Origin: Clostridia bacterium
GTDB lineage: Bacteria > Bacillota > Clostridia > Oscillospirales > CAG-272
NCBI GenBank assembly: GCA_017935065.1
Contig: JAGBIF010000010.1
Span: forward strand, 8,082 to 72,081
DNA: 64,000 nt
Direction: 5' to 3'
In this document: one piece after another, positions 17,517 to 26,168 of the stretch
Position numbering within the stretch: the stretch's first letter is position 1
Layout of the letters: each line of letters starts with the position of its first letter
Notes under the pieces: model-generated
Databases searched by the model: none
What the model was told of the DNA's origin: nothing
The model's input: the letters and a program-made list of their open reading frames with translations, nothing else
Translations under genes and position numbers: made by a program

Positions 17517-18863
17517 TTACTCGTTTTCCGCTTTCTCGGTTGTATTTTCCGCGTGCTTGACGGTGAGAATAAGCAGGGGCACGAGCGCTATTACGATAAG
17601 CGCCACGCCCGCGGCGGCAAGGAAGATCTCGGGCGCGGGGATAAAGCTCGTTGTCATCGCGTCGGCACCCGCGTCGGGGAGGGGAATATTCCTCGCGCGG
17701 TTTATCGCGTTTCCGACGGTAGGGCCTACGAGCATAGGGATAAGCACCGCGAATATCATCCTGACACCCTGAAGCTTTCCTGTATCGGCGGCTGGTGTGA
17801 AGTCACGCGTGAGCGCACCGCACAGGGCGGAAATGAAGATATAGCCGACAATCATAACGAAGCCCGATAAACCGAAAAGGATAAACAGCGCGGTCTTGTC
17901 CATACCCTTCATAAGGTACATAAGAAGAAGCCCGAGGGCAAATACACCGCCCGCAATATACATAAGGTGCGCCTTGCTGTATCTGTCGGTGAGCCTGCCC
18001 AAAAAGATATTTACGGCAGCGCCGAGCGTTATCGCAAGTCCGAATATTATACTGTATTCAAGCACGCCGAAGCCAAGGTAGGTTCTCATATAGATAATAA
18101 GGTAGGGCATAAATATCTGGCAGGCGATGCCGTACACGCAGGTGATTATAAGCGTCATATAGAACGCGGGATTTTCCCTAACGCTTGATGGCTTGAAGCC
18201 CGTGAGCATATCGCGAAGAGTGCCGTTTTTCGTAAGGGTGTCGCTGTCCTTTATCAGGAAAAGTCCAAGGATACCGCAAATTGAAATCACAACACCGAGG
18301 CATAGGAATACAGTAGAATACCCGACTGCCTCGACGATAATGCCAAACGCGCCCGCCACGATAAGCATTGACGCAAGAGGAAGAATGGCAACCACGCTCT
18401 CAATTCTTCCGCGTATCGAGGGCTCGGTGTTGTCGGTCACCCACGCCGAGAATGCCGCATCGTTTGCCGTCGAGCCGAAGAGCGTCATAATGCAGTCACC
18501 GACGATAGCCGTCACAAGCGCCGCCTTGACTGCCGCCTCACCCGAAAGACCGAGCATCGCGCCAAGCACGTCGGGCTTTATAAAGCCGAAAAGCGCAACC
18601 GTCACACCCCAGATAATATAACCTATGCTGATAAACGAGCGGCGGTTTCCAACCTTGTCGGATACCGTACCCGCAATAAGCGTGACAAGCGTTGCCGCAA
18701 TACCGCTTAACTGCACCATAAGAGTGATAGCGTCAAGGTTAGGCTGAATTTCGTCAAAGACGAAAAGATTGAAGTACATATTTTCGACAGTCCATGCAAT
18801 CTGACCGATAAGACCGAATAGCAAAAGCACAGTCCACTTGTTCTTACTGAAAATTCTCTGCAT
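17517..18863 (-). CDS. MFS transporter
   Basis: 448 aa with about 12 hydrophobic helices. MFS-like loop motif GTVSDKVGNRR. Confidence 0.85.
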   Translation of the reverse strand: MQRIFSKNKWTVLLLFGLIGQIAWTVENMYFNLFVFDEIQPNLDAITLMVQLSGIAATLVTLIAGTVSDKVGNRRSFISIGYIIWGVTVALFGFIKPDVLGAMLGLSGEAAVKAALVTAIVGDCIMTLFGSTANDAAFSAWVTDNTEPSIRGRIESVVAILPLASMLIVAGAFGIIVEAVGYSTVFLCLGVVISICGILGLFLIKDSDTLTKNGTLRDMLTGFKPSSVRENPAFYMTLIITCVYGIACQIFMPYLIIYMRTYLGFGVLEYSIIFGLAITLGAAVNIFLGRLTDRYSKAHLMYIAGGVFALGLLLMYLMKGMDKTALFILFGLSGFVMIVGYIFISALCGALTRDFTPAADTGKLQGVRMIFAVLIPMLVGPTVGNAINRARNIPLPDAGADAMTTSFIPAPEIFLAAAGVALIVIALVPLLILTVKHAENTTEKAENE

Positions 18864-18886
18864 AATAAAACCTCCCTATATGCTAC

Positions 18887-18915
18887 ATTATACTAAATAT
18901 ATCCGCCCGTGTCAA
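18887..18915 (-). promoter_or_regulatory. sigma-70-type promoter TTGACA-17-TATAAT for the MFS gene
   Basis: The minus strand reads ttgacacgggcggatatatttagtataat, followed by GGGAGG before ATG 18863. Confidence 0.7.
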
Positions 18916-18974
18916 TAATGACGCAAAAACGCCCCCCAAAAAGAAGAATTTCGCCCCCGCGAAATTCAACCATA

Positions 18975-19007
18975 ATTATTCATTATTCACTATTCATTAT
19001 TCATTAC
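18975..19007. repeat. tandem heptamer repeat (ATTATTC)x4.5
   Basis: attattc attattc actattc attattc attac. It is preceded by the perfect 9-bp inverted repeat gaatttcgc-cccc-gcgaaattc (18946-18967). Confidence 0.85.
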
Positions 19008-19037
19008 ACCAACCGAAGGTTGCATAAAAAACACCCC

Positions 19038-19067
19038 TTGACAAAATACCCCCAGGGGGTATATAAT
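19038..19067 (+). promoter_or_regulatory. sigma-70-type promoter TTGACA-18-TATAAT of the csoR-copA operon
   Basis: ttgacaaaatacccccagggggtatataat. Confidence 0.75.
19046..19062. promoter_or_regulatory. CsoR operator (ATACCCCC-A-GGGGGTAT palindrome) inside the promoter spacer
   Basis: A perfect 8-1-8 GC-tract palindrome of the TACCC...GGGTA type, as known for CsoR repressors. It lies between the -35 and -10 elements. Confidence 0.75.
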
Positions 19068-19102
19068 ATTTATATAGAAAGCTTTTAGCCGTGAGGTGAA
19101 AA

Positions 19103-19402
19103 ATGGAAAAGAAATGTACCTGTGAAAGAAAAAAGCACCGCAGTGAGGAGGTAAAGCGCCGACTCGTGCGCCGACTTTCAATAATTGAAGGTCAGGTAAA
19201 GGGCGTGCGCGGAATGATAGAGGAGGACGCCTACTGTCCCGATGTGCTGACGCAGATTTCGGCAATAGGCGCAGCGCTTGATTCGCTCTCGCGTGAGCTG
19301 CTCTACTCTCACATAAACGAGTGCGTGGCGGAGGATATACGGGCAGGCGTCGGGGATGCACCGCGAGAGCTGTGCGAGCTTGTTGGGAGGCTGATTAAAT
19401 GA
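19103..19402 (+). CDS. csoR: copper-sensing CsoR-family repressor
   Basis: 99 aa. RLSIIEGQVKGVRGMIEEDAYCPDVLTQISAI...HINEC carries the C-H-C ligand pattern. A 4-nt ATGA overlap links it to copA. Confidence 0.9.
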   Translation: MEKKCTCERKKHRSEEVKRRLVRRLSIIEGQVKGVRGMIEEDAYCPDVLTQISAIGAALDSLSRELLYSHINECVAEDIRAGVGDAPRELCELVGRLIK

Positions 19403-21903
19403 ATGTGAAAAGAGAATATAAGGTAACGGGAATGAGCTGTGCCGCCTGCTCGGCAAGAGTAGAAAGGACTGTCGGCGCGCTTGACTCGGTTGATGCCTGC
19501 GAGGTAAATCTTCTGCTCGGCACGATGAGTGTTGCGGGGGATGCAGAGGACAGTGCTATAATAAGCGCCGTGCGCGATATAGGCTACGGCATCGAGCCGT
19601 ACACAGAGCCGTCGCGCGCTGACGGCAAGGGGGCGGGGGAAACGAAGGAGGCCGTCCTTCGCGAGCAGCTTTTACGCCTTATCCTATCACTTCTGCTGCT
19701 TACCGTGCTTATGTATATATCAATGGGGCATCTTATGTGGGGCTTCTATCTGCCGCCCATACTGTCCGAAAACCCGATTGCGATAGGAATAGTAGAGCTT
19801 CTTTTGTCGCTTGGGGTAATGATAATAAACAAGCGCTTCTTCGTAAGCGGCGCTAAAGCGGCATTGAGGCTTACCTTTAATATGGATACGCTGGTAGCTC
19901 TCGGCTCGCTTTCATCCTTTCTTTACAGTCTGGCGATGCTCTTTCTGATGACTCACGATATGACCCTTGGCAACACCGCTGCGGTACACGCTTCGCTTCA
20001 CGGGCTTTATTTTGAGTCCTGCGCTATGATACCTGCGCTTATATCGCTGGGAAAGCTTCTTGAGGAGCGCGCCAAGGGGAAAACGACTGCCGCCATTGAC
20101 GGGCTCGTGCGCCTCGTGCCCCGTACGGTAAGAGTGATAAGAGACGGCGAGGAGAGCGTAATTGACGTAAGTGAGCTTCGGCGCGGTGATATCTTTGCCG
20201 TAAGGCGAGGCGAGGCTGTCGGTGCCGACGGTGAGATAACCGAGGGCGAGGGCTCGTTTGACGAGGCGTGCCTTACGGGCGAGAGCATACCTCCTGCGAA
20301 GGGGGTCGGAGATAAGGTGTACGGCGGCACTAATCTTACGGCAGGCTACGTCAAGGTGCGCGCAACGGGCATCGGTGAGGAAACGGTTATCTCCAAAATC
20401 ATAAAGACCGTAAGGGAGGCATCCTCAAGCAAGGCTCCCGTGGCAAAGCTTGCCGATAAGGTAGCGGGCGTATTCGTGCCCGTCGTCCTCGCCATTGCTT
20501 TTATCACCTGTATCGTTCATTTGATTATAGGACAGACCTTTGGCTACTCGCTCGCAAGGGCGGTGTCGGTGCTGGTTATTAGCTGTCCCTGCGCGCTCGG
20601 TCTTGCCACTCCTACCGCGATAATGGTAGGCAGCGGTGTCGGTGCGGGTGTCGGTGTGCTTTTCAAGAATGCCGCGGCGCTTGAGATGGCAGGCAGAATA
20701 AAAATTGCCGCAATAGATAAGACGGGAACCGTCACCGAGGGAAGGCCCTCTGTATCCGATATTATTCCGATTTCGGTAGATAAAAACGAGCTTATCACCC
20801 TCGCCGCCTCGCTTGAGGCAAAAAGCGAGCATCCCCTGGGAGTGGCAATTGCCGAGAGCTTCGACGGCGAGTATCTTCCCTGCGAGCATTTTTCACAGGG
20901 GCTGGGCGGTGTCAGAGGCACCGTTGGCTCAAGGCGCATCATAGGCGGTAACCTTGAGTATATCGAGAGGGAGGCTGCAGGCACCGTCACCGACGATATA
21001 AGAAAAACGCTCGAGCTTATATCGGCAGACGGCAAGACCGCGCTTCTTTTCGCGGAGGAGGGAAGAGTGCTGGGCATTATCGCTCTCTCCGACAGAATAA
21101 AGGAGGACAGCGCCCACGCTATCGCGGAGCTTAGGCGAATGAATATCAGGACGGTGATGCTGACGGGTGACAACGCCGCGTGTGCAGAGAGGATCGCAAG
21201 GGAGGTCGGCATTGACGAGGTCTTTGCGGGTATATTCCCGAGCGAAAAGGAATCTCGGGTGAGAGGTCTTATGAGTGAGGGCAGAGTGTGTATGATAGGC
21301 GACGGTGTAAACGATGCGCCCTCGCTCGTTACCGCGGACCTCGGAATTGCTATCGGAGCGGGCACTAATGTCGCGATAGATTCCGCTGACGTGGTGCTTG
21401 TGGGAAGCACTCTTACCGATGCGGTAAACGCTCTCGCCCTCGGCAGAAAAACGCTAAGGAATATAAAGCAAAACCTGTTCTGGGCATTTATTTACAATAT
21501 AATAGGCATACCCCTTGCCGCAGGCGTGTTTATACCGCTCGGGCTCACGCTTGAGCCGATGTTCGGCGCGCTCGCTATGAGCGTATCGAGCTTTATCGTG
21601 GTAATGAACGCCCTTCGCTTAAACCTCTTTAAGCCGATAAAAAATACAAGTGAAAATAAAACAAATGAAAACAAAACAAATGAAAGCGAGAAAATAATTA
21701 TGAATACCGTAACTCTTAAGATTGAAGGAATGATGTGCCCGCACTGCTCGGGCAGAGTAAGGTCGGCACTTGAAGCCCTCGAGGGTGTCAGCTCGGCAGA
21801 CGTAAGCCACGAGCGCGGCGATGCCGTCGTAGTAACCGACGGCAAGGTAGACCGCGCCACCCTGGTAGCCTGTGTCACCGAGGCAGGCTATAAGTGCGAG
21901 TAA
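19399..21903 (+). CDS. copA: Cu(I)-translocating P1B-type ATPase with N-terminal and C-terminal HMA domains
   Basis: N-terminal HMA GMSCAACSARVE. Core motifs are the CPC transmembrane motif (ISCPCALGLATP), DKTGT, GDGVNDAP and TGES. The C-terminal 67 aa form a second HMA domain (GMMCPHCSGRV). Confidence 0.95.
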   Translation: MNVKREYKVTGMSCAACSARVERTVGALDSVDACEVNLLLGTMSVAGDAEDSAIISAVRDIGYGIEPYTEPSRADGKGAGETKEAVLREQLLRLILSLLLLTVLMYISMGHLMWGFYLPPILSENPIAIGIVELLLSLGVMIINKRFFVSGAKAALRLTFNMDTLVALGSLSSFLYSLAMLFLMTHDMTLGNTAAVHASLHGLYFESCAMIPALISLGKLLEERAKGKTTAAIDGLVRLVPRTVRVIRDGEESVIDVSELRRGDIFAVRRGEAVGADGEITEGEGSFDEACLTGESIPPAKGVGDKVYGGTNLTAGYVKVRATGIGEETVISKIIKTVREASSSKAPVAKLADKVAGVFVPVVLAIAFITCIVHLIIGQTFGYSLARAVSVLVISCPCALGLATPTAIMVGSGVGAGVGVLFKNAAALEMAGRIKIAAIDKTGTVTEGRPSVSDIIPISVDKNELITLAASLEAKSEHPLGVAIAESFDGEYLPCEHFSQGLGGVRGTVGSRRIIGGNLEYIEREAAGTVTDDIRKTLELISADGKTALLFAEEGRVLGIIALSDRIKEDSAHAIAELRRMNIRTVMLTGDNAACAERIAREVGIDEVFAGIFPSEKESRVRGLMSEGRVCMIGDGVNDAPSLVTADLGIAIGAGTNVAIDSADVVLVGSTLTDAVNALALGRKTLRNIKQNLFWAFIYNIIGIPLAAGVFIPLGLTLEPMFGALAMSVSSFIVVMNALRLNLFKPIKNTSENKTNENKTNESEKIIMNTVTLKIEGMMCPHCSGRVRSALEALEGVSSADVSHERGDAVVVTDGKVDRATLVACVTEAGYKCE

Positions 21904-21930
21904 AGGCGGAAAACATAAAGCTTTATGGCC

Positions 21931-21962
21931 AAAAAGTCCTTCTTTTAAAAGAAGGACTTTTT
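21931..21962. terminator. bidirectional terminator between copA and SLOG copy 2
   Basis: aaaaagtccttctttt / aaaagaaggacttttt is a near-perfect palindrome. Confidence 0.75.
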
Positions 21963-21965
21963 GCT

Positions 21966-22295
21966 TTACACTCTTATAACCTTAATGGGTTTTTTTACCG
22001 ATTGCGCGTATTTTATGGTATATGCCGTACCTCTGGATTGTCCATCCCATATAATTAGCACCATATCTGACATATCAACCATCTCTCTGTTTCTCAAAAG
22101 AGGCGCTCTGCGACCGTAAATATCATATCTCGGGCGCATAATAATTTTAGATATTTTACGCTCATCCGCATAGCCCTCAGCGAGGGTGTCTACACCGTTT
22201 GCTCCGCCGCTGATAATAGTATCCACATCATTTGTAATATAAGGTGACAAATCGAAATCAGTTATGCCGCGCGAGCCCGCAATTAAAAGCTTCAT
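21966..22295 (-). CDS. SLOG-superfamily protein, DUF2493/YspA-like (copy 2)
   Basis: 109 aa. By my manual alignment it shares about 65 of 109 positions with the 16731..17066 product (LLIAGSRGIT, IISGGA, DTLAE, YGR-APL-RN, LIIWDG-SRGT-YT). Confidence 0.7.
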   Translation of the reverse strand: MKLLIAGSRGITDFDLSPYITNDVDTIISGGANGVDTLAEGYADERKISKIIMRPRYDIYGRRAPLLRNREMVDMSDMVLIIWDGQSRGTAYTIKYAQSVKKPIKVIRV

Positions 22296-22354
22296 AAAAG
22301 AACAATACCCCCTTTTTATATATACCTATATAAGTATATACCAAAATAGAGAGA

Positions 22355-22383
22355 TTGTCAATTGGGTATATATTCTATAGAAT
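22355..22383 (+). promoter_or_regulatory. promoter TTGTCA-17-TAGAAT with a 12-bp perfect palindrome over the -10
   Basis: ttgtcaattgggtatatattctatagaat. ATTCTATAGAAT (22372-22383) is a perfect palindrome, so it may be an autoregulatory operator. Confidence 0.5.
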
Positions 22384-22404
22384 GTATATCAAAGGAGAGG
22401 CATA

Positions 22405-22614
22405 ATGGTAAGATTAATTATTGACAAATATATAGACGGGCGCGGTATTACGCGTTATGAGCTGGCAAAGCGTACAGAGGTTAAGTTTCAGACCATAGAC
22501 CGTTATTATAAGAACCGCGTTGTTCGTTATGATAGCTATATACTCGACCGCATATGTCAGGTGTTAGATTGTGATCTGTGTGACATAATTGAATATGTAA
22601 GGGATGAGAAGTAG
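22405..22614 (+). CDS. small Cro/C1-type helix-turn-helix regulator (divergent partner of SLOG copy 2)
   Basis: 69 aa. GITRYELAKRTEVKFQTIDRYYKN is HTH-like. AAAGGAGAGG RBS. Confidence 0.7.
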   Translation: MVRLIIDKYIDGRGITRYELAKRTEVKFQTIDRYYKNRVVRYDSYILDRICQVLDCDLCDIIEYVRDEK

Positions 22615-22626
22615 AGCTTCTCATAA

Positions 22627-22665
22627 AAAGGCAGTACCGAGTGCGGGGCACTCGGTACTGCCTTT
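22627..22665. terminator. bidirectional terminator between the HTH gene and rnz
   Basis: An 18-bp perfect stem, aaaggcagtaccgagtgc-ggg-gcactcggtactgccttt. Confidence 0.85.
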
Positions 22666-22667
22666 GT

Positions 22668-23564
22668 TTATTCATCAAAGAAAAGCGTTTTGTGAAGGCC
22701 GTCGTAGCCTATGACGGTGCCTGAAAAGCGCTCCTTAAGCCTCGGCTCGCACGCCTCGGGGTCGGTTACCACGGGGCTTAAGTGCGTCAGCCACAGCTCT
22801 TTTGGCTGAAGCGCCCTTGCGATGCCGACTGCCTCGCCCATCGTGAGGTGACAGACCGTCTCTGCCTTTTCAAGATAACCGTCATCGTCATACATTCCCT
22901 CAAGTATCATAAGGTCAAGGTCCTTGCCGAAGGTGTAAATGTTATCGACAGGCCTCGTGTCGGTGGCGTAGAGAATTGAAAGCCCGCGCCGCTGCTCGCC
23001 GCCCAGGTCGGAGGCGTGAAAGCCCTCCACGTCCTCTCCTCTTTGCAGAGTGCCCCAGAGCCTTTTGGGAATACCAAGCTCACTTGCCCTTTGCGGGTTA
23101 AACTTGGGCGGTCTTTTCAGGTCTATGCGGTAGCCGTAGCAGTCAATGCTGTGCTTAAGCCTGAAGGCGCTCACGGTAAGACCTATTTCATTAAAGGTGA
23201 GGCTATCCTCTTTAATTTCGGTAAGGATTATTTCAAAGGGAAGCTCGGGCGCTATCACTCTTGCGGCATCGACAGCTTTGCGAAGCCCCGCGGGGCCGTA
23301 GATTTTGAGAGGTCTTACCCTTCCCTCAAGACCGAAGGTAAGTAAAAGTCCCGTAAGACCGCAGATATGGTCGCCGTGAAGGTGAGTAATGAGAATTACG
23401 TCAATGCTTGAATACTTAACCTTTTCTCTGCGAAGCGCCGTCTGCGTGCCTTCACCGCAGTCCAAAAGCATCGCACTGCCCGAGTAGCGCAGAAAAAGCG
23501 AGGTCAGCGCGCGATTTGGAAGCGGCATTACACCGCCCGCGCCGAGCAGACATACGTCTATCAT
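22668..23564 (-). CDS. rnz: ribonuclease Z (metallo-beta-lactamase fold)
   Basis: 298 aa. It has the HxHxDH motif ITHLHGDHICG, an RNase Z-type N-terminus (LLGAGGVMPLPNRALTS) and a C-terminal TH. Confidence 0.85.
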   Translation of the reverse strand: MIDVCLLGAGGVMPLPNRALTSLFLRYSGSAMLLDCGEGTQTALRREKVKYSSIDVILITHLHGDHICGLTGLLLTFGLEGRVRPLKIYGPAGLRKAVDAARVIAPELPFEIILTEIKEDSLTFNEIGLTVSAFRLKHSIDCYGYRIDLKRPPKFNPQRASELGIPKRLWGTLQRGEDVEGFHASDLGGEQRRGLSILYATDTRPVDNIYTFGKDLDLMILEGMYDDDGYLEKAETVCHLTMGEAVGIARALQPKELWLTHLSPVVTDPEACEPRLKERFSGTVIGYDGLHKTLFFDE

Positions 23565-23577
23565 ATTTTTTCTCCTG

Positions 23578-26004
23578 TTATTCTATTACAAAGGATTTTG
23601 CACCCTCTGTGTGATTGAAGGTAAGCGTCATACCGTGAAGAAGCTCCAGCGAGGAAAGCGCGGATACCGAGTCATACTCTGCCGTAAGAAGGACACGGTC
23701 GGTGACGCCCATCGCGGTTGCTACCGCCTCCTTAAGCGCCAGCAGGATATATCTGTCAGCGTACACATACGCATCGTAGCGGTTGAGGCTTGCCGTGTTT
23801 GCGCTTCCTGTGTATAGGGTGGGCGTACCCTCGGGGCGGTAGAGCTTAGCCTCGTAGTAGCCTTCGGGGATACCCGAGGTACCGTCGCTCAGGGCGCCTA
23901 AGGTATAGACCAGAGTTGTGCCGAGGTGCTTTATCCTGAGCGTGCTTCCCTCGAGGGTATAGGATGCATAGCCGCCCGTAAGTCCGTCGGGGGTGAGGTA
24001 GGGGTTTAGGATTGCGGTGCCGTTTTCAAAAAGATATGCTACCGTAAAGGGGGACAGCTCGGCGGCGGCAGTACTCTCGTTAAGATATATTCTAGTGTAG
24101 CTCTCGTCCCTGCCGCTGTCGGCGGTAACCCTTAGCGTAACGGGAAGGGTGTAGTCGCTCTTTAGTCTGATATATACCGTGTATTCGCCCGACTTGGAAA
24201 TTCTTCCGTCAACAAGCTCGCCAATGTCTGTGACATCAAGCATATCCTTCGTTATGGCAATTTCGCTGTAAGGTAAATTAAGGTAGTCAAAATGCCATAT
24301 TTTAGCCACTTTTCCGACAAGCTCCTCTTCAAGGAATTCGTCAAGCGTGTCACCGATAACTGCAGTATAGCTTCTCTCAAGCTCAACACTCTTGATATTG
24401 CTTCCGTCGCTAGCGTATATTGTGACCGTATCTGCCGTAACCTCGCCTGTATCCATTATACCGTCACCGTCGTAATCGTAGAAAATTTTGACGGGATAGC
24501 CTCCCGAAAGATTAAAATTGATGCTGCCCTCGTAAATCATAGAGGCAGAGAAATCAGGGACGGATAAATCATCGGTTGAGAGAGTGTACCTTGTGCCGTA
24601 GCGCGTCCTTAAGTCAAGTGTAAGGGACAGCGAATTGATATTTGCAACACCGAGCCCAAAGCAGTTTTCCGTAAGTGAAACACCGACGAGCGTTGATTCT
24701 GTGCCGTCATATACCTCAAGCAGGATAAGTCCGTCACATTCGGCCCCGAATACACTGCCCTCAAGCACGAGAGGCTTTGGCGGATGGGCTGAAAAGGTAT
24801 ATTGCGTGCCGTCAAGCTCGCGGAGCATTGATGCCTCTATCGGTATATCTGCCGTGTAGATATACCTTCCGAGGGTGAGAGAAAGAGTAGCGTAAAGCCC
24901 CAATTCCTTGGGTATATCCGAAAGCGAGGAGGATACGCCGACAGCCCCCGTGACGCTCGGTGTAAGCGACAGGGCGGTGTAGGGCACCTCGTCAACCTCC
25001 CGAATGGGCAGTACCGTAAATTCGCATCCTACACTCTCGTTTTCCTTAAGCGAGGCATAGGCGGTAAAGCTTACTCCCACGCCCCTGTAATCCGAAAAAT
25101 CAAGGCTGATATCCTCGTTTGATACGGGAGATACTCTGCCCGCCGCCGAGGTGGCGAAAAACGATGTAAATATTTCATCGGCAACAAGCGCGCCCGAAGC
25201 ATCTGCCCGCATAACCGTATGCGAATGCTCGGGCGAGAGCGTCTTTATCCCGTTTGCGTGAATACTGATAACCTCAAGCCGAAACGAGGTTGCGCGCCCG
25301 CCGTACTTAACCGCGCATCTGTAGGTCCCGACCGTATTCAGGTCGGGTGCCGTGTGAAGCGTGTCGATGATATACATATCCTCCGTAACGCCTATAAACT
25401 CGGCATCCCCGTTTTCGTATATTACCTTAATTCTGACAGGCTCCGTATTGCCTACCGTGCGGTAGGTGTCGTCAACGTATTCTATTTTGTCAATGCCAAG
25501 AGGCGTTTTGTAGCTTGTAACCTCACTTGTGCCGTCTGTATATGTTACCGTCACGCGAAGCTCACGCGCGCTTCCCGAGGACACGACCTCGCCGACGACG
25601 CTGCCGATACGCTTGGCATCACCCGAAAGCACCGAGGTGTGCTTCCATACACCCACACCTACACATTCGTAAATATAGCCCGTATCGGTATTTACATAAA
25701 TATCCCCGATGATAGCACCGTCAACCATGGCGCTTATCGCCTCGCCCTCGCCAGATACGGCGGTGCCCGAGTGGCACTTAGCCCCTCTCGCGCCGTCAGC
25801 GGGCGTGAGCATCACCCAGCCGTCGGGTGTGAGCTTATAGACCTGCTGTGTGGTCTCGTCAAGGTAAAGGTCACCGACCGAGGCCTTGATACTGCCGTCA
25901 GGCACGCCCTCACCGACAAGCCAGCTGCTCTCACCGCCACAGGCGGTAAGGCACAGGCAAAGCGCTATTATAACTAAAAGGAAAAGAAGAAAAATCTTTT
26001 TCAT
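23578..26004 (-). CDS. large secreted lipoprotein, function unknown
   Basis: 808 aa. Lipobox LCLTAC-GG. The motif GD-Y...T...Y......W appears twice near the N-terminus (GDLYLDETTQQVYKLTPDGW and GDIYVNTDTGYIYECVGVGVW). The rest is beta-rich T/S/V/Y sequence with no motif I recognise. Confidence 0.7.
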   Translation of the reverse strand: MKKIFLLFLLVIIALCLCLTACGGESSWLVGEGVPDGSIKASVGDLYLDETTQQVYKLTPDGWVMLTPADGARGAKCHSGTAVSGEGEAISAMVDGAIIGDIYVNTDTGYIYECVGVGVWKHTSVLSGDAKRIGSVVGEVVSSGSARELRVTVTYTDGTSEVTSYKTPLGIDKIEYVDDTYRTVGNTEPVRIKVIYENGDAEFIGVTEDMYIIDTLHTAPDLNTVGTYRCAVKYGGRATSFRLEVISIHANGIKTLSPEHSHTVMRADASGALVADEIFTSFFATSAAGRVSPVSNEDISLDFSDYRGVGVSFTAYASLKENESVGCEFTVLPIREVDEVPYTALSLTPSVTGAVGVSSSLSDIPKELGLYATLSLTLGRYIYTADIPIEASMLRELDGTQYTFSAHPPKPLVLEGSVFGAECDGLILLEVYDGTESTLVGVSLTENCFGLGVANINSLSLTLDLRTRYGTRYTLSTDDLSVPDFSASMIYEGSINFNLSGGYPVKIFYDYDGDGIMDTGEVTADTVTIYASDGSNIKSVELERSYTAVIGDTLDEFLEEELVGKVAKIWHFDYLNLPYSEIAITKDMLDVTDIGELVDGRISKSGEYTVYIRLKSDYTLPVTLRVTADSGRDESYTRIYLNESTAAAELSPFTVAYLFENGTAILNPYLTPDGLTGGYASYTLEGSTLRIKHLGTTLVYTLGALSDGTSGIPEGYYEAKLYRPEGTPTLYTGSANTASLNRYDAYVYADRYILLALKEAVATAMGVTDRVLLTAEYDSVSALSSLELLHGMTLTFNHTEGAKSFVIE

Positions 26005-26111
26005 CAGTAAGCCCTCAAAATCTTTAATAATACAATTTTACCACCAAGAGCCCATAAAGTCAATAAAAAAATTGCGAGGGCTCGCGGTGGAATGATCGCC
26101 CTATACGAATG

Positions 26112-26150
26112 AAAACGGCAAGGACGCTTATGATGCGCCTTTGCCGTTTT
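26112..26150. terminator. terminator after the DUF5107/TPR gene
   Basis: aaaacggcaagg...cctttgccgtttt forms a hairpin, flanked by A- and T-runs. Confidence 0.6.
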
Positions 26151-26168
26151 GCTACTATTTAAAATTTA

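Noticed and set aside
20544-21410. 288-aa minus-strand ORF inside copA. Similar long antisense ORFs occur at 59259..60089, 26292..27164, 27282..28349, 13977..14708 and 52025..52774.
   Set aside because: All are antisense to confidently identified genes (copA, malic enzyme, DUF5107/TPR, mfd, feoB). Their translations are S/P/A/R-rich low-complexity sequence.
16334-22667. Calling the SLOG-bracketed segment a transposon, ICE or genomic island
   Set aside because: I could see no integrase, transposase, relaxase, tRNA attachment site or long DNA-level terminal repeats. Only the protein-level duplication and the AT-rich cassettes support mobility, so I report it as an observation and not as a mobile_element feature.
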